From Lingula anatina (lineage: Eukaryota; Animalia; Brachiopoda), in assembly GCA_051362555.1 (NCBI GenBank), contig CM120643.1, positions 20,960,848 to 21,024,847 of the forward strand: a stretch of 64,000 nt of DNA. Reading direction: 5' to 3'. The position numbers were made by a program, and so were the translations under genes. The notes under the pieces are model-generated. The model saw only the letters and a list, made by a program, of their open reading frames with translations. It ran no database searches and was not told where the DNA came from. This document shows positions 42,156 through 55,850 of this stretch, piece by piece; position 1 is the first letter of the stretch, and each line of letters opens with the position of its first letter.

Positions 42156-42787
42156 CCACGTCATCCAGGCATCTATCGCGCATATTACTCATTGCTTCGG
42201 AGCTTCGGGAGAGATAGACGTGCTGCCGACCTCTGAGAAATTTGAAGTCGGTCCCGCGGAGTTTACGATCAGAAACGGGACGAATGCCGGGGAGATGATA
42301 AGTCAAACGTAATCGCAGTAATTTAGCTAATGTCATAAGTCGAGCGGAAAAAATCGGCTCGATATATCTTGGAGTAGTAGGTGAACTTTTGCACGACGGT
42401 ATTGCTATAATTTCCTGCCGGGTTTCAGTGGTTGTTGGCGAAACTTGTCAGTGTGTGGCTCGCTAATACGTGCGACAGTGATCGATTTTCAAAAGTCCAA
42501 TCATCTTGCCTCTCGTGGACTCGTGCTTCAAGGCAATAACACGCGCTGCAGCACGGGACTTGTATCACTTGAGGATCAGCAGCTCTATCTGACGGAGTTG
42601 GCGGAAATTGATGACACAAAGAGAGAGATAGACAGACAGAGAGAGAAAGAGATAGAAAACGCCTTGTGTGTTTTGATATCGCAGGAATGGGAGGATGCCA
42701 TTAAAATGACAACAGCTTGAGTCTGTAATATTCAGATTGTGTTTTGTAATACATATTTACATCAGAAAATAACTGTTTAACGTAGAA

Positions 42788-43678
42788 ATGACAAGGGAGA
42801 ACGGCAAGGTGATGACTGCGGACCCGCCACAAATTGAAATGGACGTGGAGGCCAACTCCAACTCTCCGGACTGCGGTCCGACCGACTTCAGCAAGTTGTT
42901 TGAACAGGCGGCAAAGCTGCAAGTGCAGGACCAGCTTTTATCGGTCTCGACCGATGCTCAACGGCCCGCGGTGTCAGCACCAACTTCGAGGCAAGGGTCT
43001 GTGAAAAGGTCAGGTTCCGTGAAAAGATCAGGCTCGGTGAAACGCTCCGGTTCCGTGCGGAGGAGCGTGAAGCCCAAGGCAAGCGACGGAGAATCCTTCA
43101 ACGCGGCTCGGACTAGAACGAATAGCTTACCGATGCTGGTGTTCCCGGACTCGGACGATAAACGAGGGAGTGCCCACAAGATGCCCGGGGACGACAGCGA
43201 CCAGGACGGGGATTGTATACGCGTCAGGGAGTTTCACCTCTCGCCGAAAGGCGGAATCACGCATAGGGGAGATTCGTTTCGCAGAAAGGGCAGGAGTAAC
43301 GTTAGTGTGAATTCCATAAACTCCGCCAAAGGAGCTACGGGCGGTGTCCAGCAGGACGCCTCGGGGGGACAAGGGACAACGTTACTGGGGAGGGAGGGGA
43401 GTATCCATTCGCATACTAGTGCTAAGAAACACGCACCTGCCCCGGAGGAGGGAGACGACGGGGAAGGGCTGAAAAAGTACAGAGTGTTCATGCTGGGAGC
43501 ACATGGGTCTGGCAGGAGGGCAATAACACAACAGTTTACCACGTGCGAATACCTGGATACTTTTAACACCTCAGAAGGTAAGGAATGCATGGAGCTCTGG
43601 TTAAAACTCCTGATTGTAGTCTGTGGACAAAACAATGCGTATGGCTGTAACATATCATATCATATGCAAAGTTGCGCG

Positions 43679-43773
<95 letters not shown>

Positions 43774-45971
43774 GTATGTTATGCATTTTGAAAAGAAGTA
43801 GGGCCTATCCACAAACAATTTATCCGGTCCTCTACATTTATTGTGTCGTCTACAGCCATTTAACCTGTTACACAACCCCTGGCCTATATGACACCCATTG
43901 GGTATTCACTGGGATGGGTGACTACACATGTAATGAACTGTACTTCCAGGGGAAATTTCTCAGCGGTGTCAGTGAAAACGATTTCTTGTTCTTATGTTGC
44001 AATGGGGTGAAAATTAGACAATGGTTTATTGTGTGGGAGAACAGAGTGGTTTAGCTGAAATTTGATGACCCGACAATCTCCCTGACAAAAAGTTACAGCT
44101 CACATGTTGTACTTATGAAACTGTAATATATTATATCTTCTGAACTTGACCATGGACCTTTAAACTGGAACGTACAGCTTTAGAAGCACGCTTACACGTT
44201 GCATAAAAATGTATATTCATATATATGTATATGTATATGTATATGTATATGGAACCCCACATAACATGGCTAAATGCAATGCTATCCGTCCATAAAGAAT
44301 TAAAATATAAATTCGGTTCCAGCACGTTAAAAGGCTAATGAAGGAAAAAGTCACAGCAATTCCACCCAAATCTTGGCTTAATTTGCTTAAGCAATGTCAA
44401 AAGTTCGATACCAAAATGTGCTGAGACGCGACCATCAATTTTCCTTCGCTTAAATGTGCTATGAACGGCACTTAACTCCACAAAGATACTCCATCAGTCA
44501 GAATATCCCCAGACAGATAGCATTTCTATTAGTCTAATAGGCCAGTCTTCCCTCCCCCCCCCAACCCGTAACCCCGCCTACGCGCACTTTGTGCACTCAC
44601 GGCAACTCCCACGCGGAAATCTCCACGCACAAACGCCCCACTCGAGACTAAACAGCACCTGTCATTCTGGAAGCTTAGAGCATGATCGTTTCCTTGAATC
44701 AATTTTATACCATTCTGGGTGATAAAAGCTGTCTGAGACGCCATTTATCATGGATTGTCCATGTCCAAGTACGAGTAAATCCCCAGCTCTCTTTGATCTT
44801 ACAAACGAAATACACAGTTGCAGCGCATTCATTTAGCCTCACACTGGTTTCAGTCTTATTTCACCATGTCAATGCAACCTTTTGGAACCGAATTAATACA
44901 GATAGCATTTTATATAATTTATTTGAACAGAATACGCCTACAGTACCTTAAGATTGATTTCATTTTTGCTCTGGAAGCGAACTGATACTCTATATAATTC
45001 ATATTAATTCAGGACATTGAAACAGTGTATAGAAGTAGAACTGGAACTGTATATATCTTTTCTTATGATTGTAACCCGATATAAAATAGCAGGTGTAAAA
45101 CCATCTGAATGAAATGTGCTAAAAAGCTAACAGAACTGTACTCAGTGGAAAATTATTTTAGACTTTGTGCAAAGATTTGATACAGAGAGCGACTTCCTCT
45201 GGACGGAAGATATCTCTACAACATATGATAATTTATTCGACAATAATTGTATTGTTAGACAGGATTTACCACGACTCCACTATTAGAGGTGTAGGAAGGC
45301 AGTTAATTATAGCTTATTACAGTGCGACTGCAGGTGCAGGTGTGTATATATCTTATATATATATTACCCCATATGGGTTTTACAGTGCTGAACAGAAATG
45401 TAAAATGCACGATGCACCAAAGCCCCACTGAAATCTGATAAGTGTAGCTATACATATGGTTGTCACTGTACTTAATTCCGATGTTTAGCTTGTAAAATTC
45501 GGGGAAATAGAAGGGAACTTGTCTCTAGACTGCATATGATCTTGTCATAGGGCACACCAGAATAGAACATTCAGATTTCATCTCCAAGAAGAAGAACCTA
45601 CCTTTAACCCCACAAGCACAGAAATAGGGTATAACTATGAACGTGTTTATGTGGCTTTCGGAATGGTGAAATAAAGATTTTTTACAGCTGTTAAAACAAT
45701 TTTAAACAAAACGTAAAGAAAGGTAGAGGGAACAATGAGAGGTCACCGTACTAGAAATAATCGATCTTGTGAATTCTTCAAAATCTTTTTAGGAGTGTTT
45801 TCATTTCATTTCACCGTTTTTTGAAGGCCTCCGACGTCAACCTTTTTTTTTGTGCTAGCTGAATATGGACCTAGTTGGTCCAAGGGCTGCGTCATAGAGC
45901 TGCTTCACCCATACGTTACCCCCATACAGATACACGCACTGATGCACGTACGCACACACAGGAGCTTGCTT

Positions 45972-46016
<45 letters not shown>

Positions 46017-46513
46017 CACACACTTAACAAACACGTGCTAATACAACATACATGGAACTTGTATTGGGATCAATTATTGTAATTCGACTCAAAGGGGCGC
46101 GGAATGTGGAAAGCCCAAGTAACCTCAAGGTATTGCCATTCTCTTGGGAAAAACGGTTTGGCCGTGTTCTAGGAAACAACCGCGGTCAACCACACCGGCG
46201 TCAGGCCATTGTTCATGGCACTTGCATTAAGATGTGTCAAATGAACCGGTGTAAACCAATTATCTGTCACAGTTCGGTTGCATTTAACTCTTTATCAGGG
46301 GGCATTAACGTAAAACTCCTGTTTTATTCTATTGCTTATCCTGCAACTGACAAAACAAAAAAGAAAGCCTGAAGGAAATGCTTATCAATGGTCATACTGA
46401 TATCGGCAATATTGTTTGATGACGCTGCTTTGTTTGCCAAACACTCTGGCAGCGATCTATATATGCACAACTACATAGGTAGCGTGAGAGTGATTTGGTG
46501 AACGCGCGAGCGT

Positions 46514-46587
<74 letters not shown>

Positions 46588-46713
46588 CTGTTTAACATAG
46601 TACATTAAGAATGGTTTCGTAAATATAATAAGAATAACAAAATATAAATTTACACCATACTGCCGTTTCGCCACGCATATCGGCTACTAGAATCTACAAG
46701 TAATATGCCGCAT

Positions 46714-46767
<54 letters not shown>

Positions 46768-49700
46768 ATAAAATTGTGTGCAATATAAATATGTCGACAG
46801 GTGTTTGCGGCGATATTTGCACAGCATATTGCCCATGTTAGAATAACCTTGAAGAATGAAGAACATGTATAGTAGGCCCTGGCTGCAATATGCTTTATGC
46901 CAAAATCCAGTAAGCTGAGATGGGCATAATAAAAGTGAAATCATAGATAAGCAAATGTGGATCCGTACTTGGACGAGCTTTCCCTTACAATCATACTTAT
47001 GACACCTTATCAGCCTTATCCAGGTTGAGAAAAAATTCTCGGGGGAGGGAAAAGCTGTTGAAATCTTATTTAACGTGCAAACAGGTTTTTTTTTTATATA
47101 TACCGACTGTAGTAGCAGTCTGATTGAAAGAAAAGTAAGAAGCTTCTGATAGATTGAAAGAAAGGAAAAGGGTAGCATTTTGTATAAATCCCCCAAAATC
47201 TTTTTAAAAGCGAAACTTAAAAAATTGCGGTCCAATTCAAATCAATAATGAAGTCGGACCGGTATGACTATTATGAGATTCCGGTGTGACCGTTAGTCCT
47301 GCACCCTCAGTTTCAGAAACCAGGGTCCACATCAAAAACAGGTTCCCCTCCGATAGATCGTGAAACGGAGACTCCTGGTGTAATATAAACTAATGATCCC
47401 AGGACCGTCAGGACCCTGAGATTCAAAACATAGCGTCCTGAGACCCCTCCTAGTTTTAATAATGGTATTCCGACAGACTGTTCGTTATAAAAATGTTGGT
47501 CTGCCGGAAATGGCGAGGCTCTCTGTCACGTCACACCAGCAATTTTGATGAAATCCGGGTTTTCACATTTGCCTCCAAATATTTACTTCCGCAAAGGAGG
47601 TTTCGTTTTCCCTTCCCTTGGTCTGTGTTCGTCACCAGCCATACGTAAAAAATTAACTTTTAAAATATCTCAGCAAGTGGTCAAACTCAAAAAGTGATCA
47701 TATTTTGCTTGTGATCCCGATCACCATCTGATCATAAAACCAGGAATTTTTGAAAAGATAATTTACGATTGCCAGCTTGCCTATGACTCCACAAATAATT
47801 CATTTATTAATTGTAATTGAGAATTAAGTTAATTATTTAGCTGATTTATGAATAATTTATAATAATGAGAATTAAATTGGCTTGGCGGAGACCTGGTCTC
47901 TTTGCGTGCTTTTCTAGTTACGGACTGCATTAAGCATAGACTACGGAACATAAAACAAGGCAGTTGCCAAACTGAGCTCCCAATCAAGATATGAGAACCA
48001 CCACGAATACAGAAAGATCCCGTCGTATACTTTCCATGGTATAAATCGCCATCATCACCCAGACCTTGAAATTGTCAGTGATGGCCGGGTGTTAGCTTAT
48101 ACGATGCAGTTTTGATGAGGCGATATTTTCCTAAACCGTCATCAATCATGTCGTGGGAAATAATTGAAAGATATTTCAGGGAGGGCAGTCAGCATGCATC
48201 CCGAATATTCTTTACATTGAGACTGTTTAAGGCATGCAATACGCGTTACGCCTTTATATTGCAAGGTATACCTTATCCAAAATTGCTAAGAAATTTTTAC
48301 CTGTAAACCCATTTTGAAATTTTGGACCTCTTTATTTCTAACTTGTACCGATAGAGTGAAACTCGCCAGTTTCCATCTCTATTGCAAGAGGATTCTTCAC
48401 CATACCTCAGAAATTAGAAACCAAGAACTCAGAACCAGGTGTTTAGATTGAAATTTAATCAACGGGTTAAGACATGGTGCACCTTGGTGATTAAGAGGAA
48501 AATGTTGAAAATTCCAGGAAAAAATAATTCTGTGCTTTATATTTTAATACCAAAGTGTTCCTGCGTGCATTTAAAGAATGGCATGATCTGCGGTAACATT
48601 CTATTATGCAATGGTGACTCAAACTCAGACATTGCGTTGCTCCAATATAAGTTATTCTTATAGTTGAAATCAAAGCTTTAATTTTATAGATCAGTAGAGA
48701 AGTTCAGGTCATCGTTTTGCAGCAATGTCGTCGATTGGCAGAACAAAATATGCCTTGGTATGTTTTGACCCGTTCGATATTGTTCCAAGAAGTACCTGCG
48801 TGAGAGAGCAGACGTGGATCGTATTGGAATTGTATTATTTCTTTTTAACAGACACGATAAAACCTCAAAGTCAGAAGCAGTGTCCGATTAGAAATAAAAA
48901 AACTAATTTCCCGAATATCACTTTTGCGTACAATATCATTAAGTCCTCTCTTTTTCGAGGATTGTATTTCTCTAGGTAAGATCTCTTCAGTTGCAGTTAC
49001 ACTGAAACGCTCTAATTCATGCTTTTTATATACAGTTTACATGTATTTTATTTCTTTATGTGTGTTAATGTATATTACACGCGTGTATTTTTTTCTGATT
49101 GAAGTATGCAAGTAATTGAATAAGTTATCGCTTACAAACAATGTTTCTGGATGAAATAGAAAACACATGTTAGGAATTTGACAGTTGGAATAAATGATGA
49201 TAATGCAAGTTCCATGCAAGGAGGAGAAATTCAATGCCAATTAGAACATCGGCCACAGAAAGCATTAAGTGACTGTCGTACATATACCAAGTGACACCCA
49301 CAGGGGAGCTGGCTATTAAACGACAGGATGCGATTGAGATATAAACGATCCCGTCTTGAGATATGACTGAGTGCGTAATTCTCACGCAACCAGTAAGGTC
49401 AAGCTTAAAATCGGTACAGAACATCGATTTCATTGATCGTGGTAGATTGTTAAATTATGGTTAGTTTTCGCTGGCACAATGGGGTATCCATTTATTTATT
49501 TGATTATGTTTGTTCCTTTTTATTGAGTTACTACATTCATTATCCATTTGTCAACCAATCAAATTTATTTTTCTATTAAAAATACATAATGGGGTTTATA
49601 TCTATTTGGTTCTTTACTAAATTTATTTAACTACTTCATTAATTATTTATTTGTCTCTTAACCAATCCATGAAATTCATTTATAACCAACACACAGTCAA

Positions 49701-51823
49701 AAAACATGTATATCGAGTTTATTTGAAATTATAATGTAGTTTTATCATCACACATGAAAAGTGGCCCTATGATATGGTATCTTGAGAGATTTTACATGTG
49801 CAGGATGGTGTGAAGGTTTTAACGTAGCCGTACGGAGCGCCTGACGCGGTCATTATCAGCCATAAAGATACCAAAATGGTACAATGGACCTATGCATAAC
49901 CATCTCAACATATAACCGTTCTGTCTTGAGACTGTAACTAGAATGTACGTGAGCATTCTATGTTTACAGAAGAACCACTACTATAGCCCGAACATTGGTC
50001 TAAAATTTTTTGGGCCAAAATCTTGGTAATGTTTGGCCGAAGATATATCAACAGTAGCCAAATGAAATGAAATGTTGCGGCTATTTAACGAAAGGCATTT
50101 CTGATTTTTCATGCAAATGATCTAATTGGATTTTATGTTTTTTTCATGTTGTCGAGCAAAAATTTGGTCTAATCGTTCAGACAACTTTTCGGGCTAAGTG
50201 TCTGAATCCGGGCTGAGGTCATCCACACGTCATTCAACTGCATTGTAACTTATTTATATGTCTGAAGTCCACAATTACTTTTACTTTGCGACTCTTTACA
50301 CCACATAACACATCAGTGCTGAAATCGTATGAACTTCGACCCCTCATACGTATGTTATATAACTCGAAGCCAAGACACCTATTATCTCTCATTTCGTTTT
50401 TTTTAAATACAACCATGATTCTAGTTCTTACCTATGATTATGTTGGGAAGTTAGCCAATGCCAAATCTTGGCAACGCCCAGCCCAACCCTAATACATGTT
50501 AATTGCGGTATTACCTAGAGAACGGATTCGTTGAAGCATAATGCCAGATTCCGGCAATTTATACTCTGGCAATTACCTGGACATTAAGGAACGGCGGGCG
50601 GTGAACCTTGGTAAAGATTAAGCTTTCACCGTTGCTTTGAACCGCTTTCATTGATGTTTGCTTCAAACTATCAACTTCCTTAAAGCTTAACAATGTTGTT
50701 GTCAGCTTCGTCGCTTGCAAGGGACTAATTGGTAGATTCATTTTCCAAGGTCTGATGCACAGGATCCGGTCCTTTAAAGTCGTCTACTTTGAAGTGTTAC
50801 TCACTTCGCCGTGCACAATTGAACATAGCGGGAATGATTTTTTGTAAGTGTCCAGTGACAAAATAAAAAACGCAAGTGGATTCGCCACAAAACGCCTTTG
50901 TCTCGAAAAAAAAGTGAGACCGTTTGTGCCATCTTTCAACTGTGCTTTAATGGCATTTGTATCTTGGACTAGCATTCGCCTTAGACATAACCAATGTTCC
51001 GATTTGGAAATATCATGGACATTTTGTATAAATTGAACATATACTTGAAATCAAATGGCAAAAAAGTACATATATCTGGTGTATTGGTCATTATGTGTCT
51101 CACCTTGGCAGCTATTTTGTGATATATTCCCCACTAAAAGCCATATATATATATATATATGGGTGATGCCCGCCAACATAAAGTTAGTTCTTCTTGGACT
51201 TGCTGAATCTCTTATATGTATACCATGTTATATCATTTCTGTTACCCATACATTATTGAATCGTCGCTGTTTTTTTTTTGTGTGTTTACATAACCTGGGC
51301 AATGGAAAGGCAAGACGCCAAATAAAACCAGCATCCACTGATTATATAAGACTCTTTGGGATCCACAATAATGAGAATGGGTTTAAACACCACGTTGTTG
51401 CCCATTTATTCCCCATTTTGACACTCATCCCCTCGTAACGTTAAGTATGTTGGTCTTATAATCTGACGTGTAATCCAGAAGCAGAAGCGATCATGATATT
51501 TGCACCTAACTGCACAGTTAACTGTAGATTACGGACTAAATAATTGCAGTAACGTTACCAAATGGAGCTATTTTGGTAATCGAGAGATGCAATTACTGTT
51601 GGTGGAATCGGTTCGGAAGGTCTTAGATGATTTCGTGTTGCGCGATGATGTTCCCGGGTTGTTCCCACATGGGAGTTTCACTCATCTGTGTAGTTCATGA
51701 ATGCACAAATGAAGTTTCGTTGGTAATGAAACCGGTCGGTGGGACTTTACATTGAAATTAAGCTTTATTTTAGCTTAAACAAAGACTATCTGCCTGTTTT
51801 ATTTATTTTGGGTGGCTGTTCGG

Positions 51824-51864
<41 letters not shown>

Positions 51865-51982
51865 CATTATTTTTCATAAATTATTATCTCTTGCAGATGA
51901 TACTCGCCATGAAATCCGCCTGTCAGTTGCTCTGGATGGAGAAGAATCGGAATTAAACTTCGTCTGCCCGCCACCCGACCAT
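42788..51982 (+). CDS. RGK-family (Rad/Gem/Rem-like) Ras-related protein, 5' part; remaining exons not found in the window
   Basis: Exon 42788-43577 has the invertebrate RGK N-terminal motif RVREFHLSPKGGITHRGDSFRRK and YRVFMLGAHGSGRRAITQQFTTCEY, donor gtaagg (phase 1). Exon 51897-51982 encodes DDTRHEIRLSVALDGEESELNFVCPPPDH (cf. VSVLLDGEESEL.FID), donor gtaagt. Confidence 0.85.
43683..43769. repeat. Compound (GT)n(GA)n microsatellite
   Basis: Seen directly. Similar runs lie at 46515-46583, 45973-46014 and 51827-51861. Confidence 0.95.
45901..46014 (+). repeat. Interspersed repeat, copy 1 (copy 2 at 54159-54250)
   Basis: tgcttcacccatacg..acccccataca.atacacgcactgatgcacg.acgcac.cacaggagcttgctt+(ct)n occurs twice in the same orientation. 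Confidence 0.85.
47583..47919 (+). mobile_element. Non-autonomous Helentron/HINE (Helitron2-type) element
   Basis: 5' ttacttccgcaaaggagg, 3' subterminal inverted repeat cttggcggag, short hairpin remnant, ending gtgcttttctagtt. Confidence 0.75.
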
Positions 51983-54158
51983 GTAAGTCACCAACACATT
52001 TTTTGAATTGTTGACAAAATCATATGTGGAGTGCTATCTTTAGAATAAAAGAACACAATGAACTTGTTTTAAGTTAGACAGGAAGGCGTCAGCGATGATG
52101 CATTTCAGTTACTGATTAAGCACTGCTTATCTAAAAAAAGTCTAAAAAAAGAACTGAACCCAAATTCAGGGACATCTTGAGGCGCTTCTAAGTGAAACCA
52201 TCTGACAATGTCACGCTCTATTGCAACGCCTAAGCAGCATTCAGTAAATATTTCTTAATGACTCAGGTAGTATATGTTAGCTTGTCTATGATAATATATT
52301 TGAAAAAGGCTTTAGGATGCTTCAAATGCCGGTCGTATTTTTTTATGAATGCTGAATGCACCTAGCTGAAAAAATCTCATGTACGACAAATATCTATAAA
52401 ATGACTAAAACAATTAAGATTGACCCGTATCCCCGGCAGCATTGCTGAGATTGCAGATGAAATTTAATATTGGCTTTAATATTCTTAGAGCGCAGTGGAA
52501 GGCTTCAGTAAAGAAGTGTTTAAAATGCCCATACCGCCTCATATGAAGTGAAATTTAGCCGTGCCATCGACAAACACCACTTAAGCTGAAACATGTTTTA
52601 GTTTTACTGCAGAAAGTCTGGAAAGTTAACGGTTTCATTGCAATTTTGAAATTCACCAGATCTGAAAGATATTTTGATGGTTGTTTGGAACATGGCGGGT
52701 TCATGGCTGGTTCATGCAATCATAAAGTTTTCTTCCTGCTGTCAACAGAGAGGCGATCTTACTTAAAACCATGTTAAATGCATCCGAATAGAAGTACACT
52801 ATACTCGTTCTTTACAGATGTATTGCAATGGTTTCAACCGATAAAAACGACAATGGCCTGGTTTTATAGCCGATAAGATAAGTCACGAGAAACGACCATG
52901 TACGCCAAGCTGATCGCTGGCAATTAATTGCTTACTATTAAATTAGATATATTACGGTATGCTTACTGTGTTTAAGAACAAACCACAACCAGTGTATTGG
53001 AAATCAAGACATTGCTTCTTGCACAATATATCTTTCCAGTCATGCTTTCTCAACGATATATATTTTATTGAACATCATTCTATAACTCGATAAGTATTCA
53101 TAATCACTGCTTCTGTGGCAGCACTGTCAAATTATTGGTTTAAATATCGTGCAATCGAAGGCAATCACTCGCATGGGAATAAAGAGCAATCATATTATGT
53201 ATTGTTCTAAATGTTTGCCAGGGTTTTTCTTCATAATTTGCTCTTCTTCTTCTGGGCAGGAAAGTGCATTCAGTGAATATGCTTGGTTTTGAGACGAAAA
53301 GAAATATTGATTTGCATTGTTTTTCAAAATGTTTCTTGCCTCGAAGTGATACAAATGCACTTCATGAAAATAGTATCGTTTCAAAATAATTTAAACTCTA
53401 GCATCTTCCGTATAAATGCGAAAGAGTTCACGAATGTAATTGTAACGAATGTATAAGGGACAAAACTAAAAAAAAAGACATTACGACTTGCATATTGGTT
53501 CCAAATAAGTTTAATTGTAAAGTTATGTTGTGTTGGTAGTTGGTGCTGGTAAATATCTGACAAGGTCGGTCAATATCTACGACTGATTTAGATAATCATT
53601 GACAGCACTAGCCGATTCAGGATTGTGCTACAGTGCAGCACTTCCCTCGGCACAACTATGTGCAAAATAGTATGTAGATGAGTAAAATAGAAAGCGAAAG
53701 AGGGTGGCAATCTGGATTTGCCTGTAAGTCTGAGCTGTAACCTTGTTTAGCACATACGTACATTTACTTTAACAAGTCTTTCTCTAAATGGAGTCTTGGG
53801 GATACAAAGATGCAAATCAACCTAAACCTAAAAAGCTTAACTGACGTCACCAAAAAGGTAGATTACGTTGGGGACTAGAAAGGAGCCGCTGCAGTGCATT
53901 GGCGCATTAATTGTGAATATCACTTCATCAATCTGATGGACCGAAAACGCTAGTAATCCCCTTCCGGTTATATTTAGCACGTTCGGTAAATCACCTATGA
54001 AGCTGAGTTCACAAGATCCATCAAAGCAGACTATGCACCATTTGTTTCGGAGCATCTGTTCTGCCAATATCGAGCAAAACTGAGTGCTTTACCTCATATT
54101 CATGGGACATATCTAGGTACCATTTCTTATCAGTGTTCCCCTTGGTACCTTCAAAATT

Positions 54159-54229
54159 TGCTTCACCCATACGAAACCCCCATACACATACACGCACTGA
54201 TGCACGCACGCACGCACAGGAGCTTGCTT

Positions 54230-54250
<21 letters not shown>
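54159..54250 (+). repeat. Interspersed repeat, copy 2
   Basis: Matches 45901-46014. Confidence 0.85.
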
Positions 54251-54261
<11 letters not shown>

Positions 54262-55533
54262 ACACCCACACCCACCCACCCACACCCACACACACGCACA
54301 CACACACTTTGTATAACAACACTCATACACAGTGCGTGAATCTCCGTGGTAGTGGGTCTCAAAATAATCACGTAGCATAGATACTGCCGTGTCGTCTCTG
54401 TGTGAAGCCGTATGATACCGTAATAGGCTGAGACCTGTCATAATCTGTCAAAGGCAACTGGGTGTTTGCTGATAACCCTTCATTTCACCCGATAACTCGA
54501 CATGCCATTCTGTCAAAGTGAGTTTACGTAGCACCAGGTAGTAACCTAAAGTTAAATGCCATGGAGCGACTTTTGAAAATAACATCTAAAGCGCTCTTTT
54601 TATTAATCGGGTTTTATCTAGCTATCTCCATCTCCTAGATTCGTAGATTCGGAATGAGTTGATACGAGATATGTTTTGATCAATCTGCGAGACACAGGGA
54701 TGCATGTATAGACGGGAATGTGTGGTTTCAGGTCGATCGTTTTGCCGATTGCTTGTCCACCGACTAAGCTGTTGAACCTTCTGAGCTGTTGGAAGATCAA
54801 TTTATAAATATTTAATCTCTCGAAATTGATTTTGACACTTGTCGCTGTGGCGTGGAAGATATTCATGGAAGTAAACAGAAGGTATTTTCACACCAAACTC
54901 TTGACTAACAGGCAGAGTGGGGCTAGGTAGAAAACAAGCAAGCAAACAGGAACACAGATCTATATGAACAGTGACACATGTATAGGCGAAAATAATGAAA
55001 GCGATGGTTCGATCCTAATGGTTATCGTTGGCCGTCAATTTGAATCACTAACCAGTTTATTCAAAAGGTTATACCGAATTATCACTCCCAAGGCTATGGG
55101 AACTTCAAATATCGAGGTTTGCGCTCTGTGAATTGCATTGACCTCAAGTGAACTACTGGGCACTTAATTTCTCTGAACGTGCGTTCGAACAGACGCTGCG
55201 GGGATATTTCATCAGTTATGTGATAATTGACATAGGGGGAGGATCTCGTTTTATTTTTTCGCCGAGATATTGACGTTTGTGTGTCTATGCTTTTGACACC
55301 GGGAGTGTAATTTGCAAAGATGGTAGCAACAATCCGTTTTATAAACTGCGTCATTCCATTAAAGCAACACTGTTGGGAGAAAGGGTCAATGACACCAGTA
55401 CTAAGTGGCACATTATGATAGACAGATAGACACGGTCGACGTCACAATAAGCAGTTACATTTTCCAATCCTCGCTGTGCTAAATGACGAATGGTAAATTC
55501 AGGTGAAACGTATTTCATGTTGAGTTCAAAAGT

Positions 55534-55850
55534 CAGGCCTACCCAACTACCAGACTCGGCACCGAATGATCCTGAATTCACCGGTAAATCGGACCACACT
55601 ACCCGTTTTCAAGGTGTGTGTCAGATCGCATTAAACAGTATCAGACGCGACACCGCTCTTGCCTAGTACGCGATGTGATAGTGACGATTCTCAGCTGGGT
55701 TGAAATGCATTGCATCACCACTCAAAATTTGTTCAGGGTATGCTACTATGTAATGCGATCTGACACACACCTTGAAAACGGGTAGTGTGGTCTGATCTAC
55801 CGGTGAATTCAGGATCATTCGGTGCCGAGTCTGGTAGTTGGGTAGGCCTG
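55534..55850. mobile_element. Foldback MITE with 100-bp TIRs and a 5-bp target-site duplication (AAAGT)
   Basis: Arms 55534-55633 and 55751-55850 are reverse complements with 2 differences; termini CAGGCCTACCCAAC; aaagt directly flanks both ends. Confidence 0.92.

Noticed and set aside
43578-43801. C-terminal part of the 337-aa ORF 42788-43801
   Set aside because: Read-through into the intron past the gtaagg donor at 43578; it ends in microsatellite.
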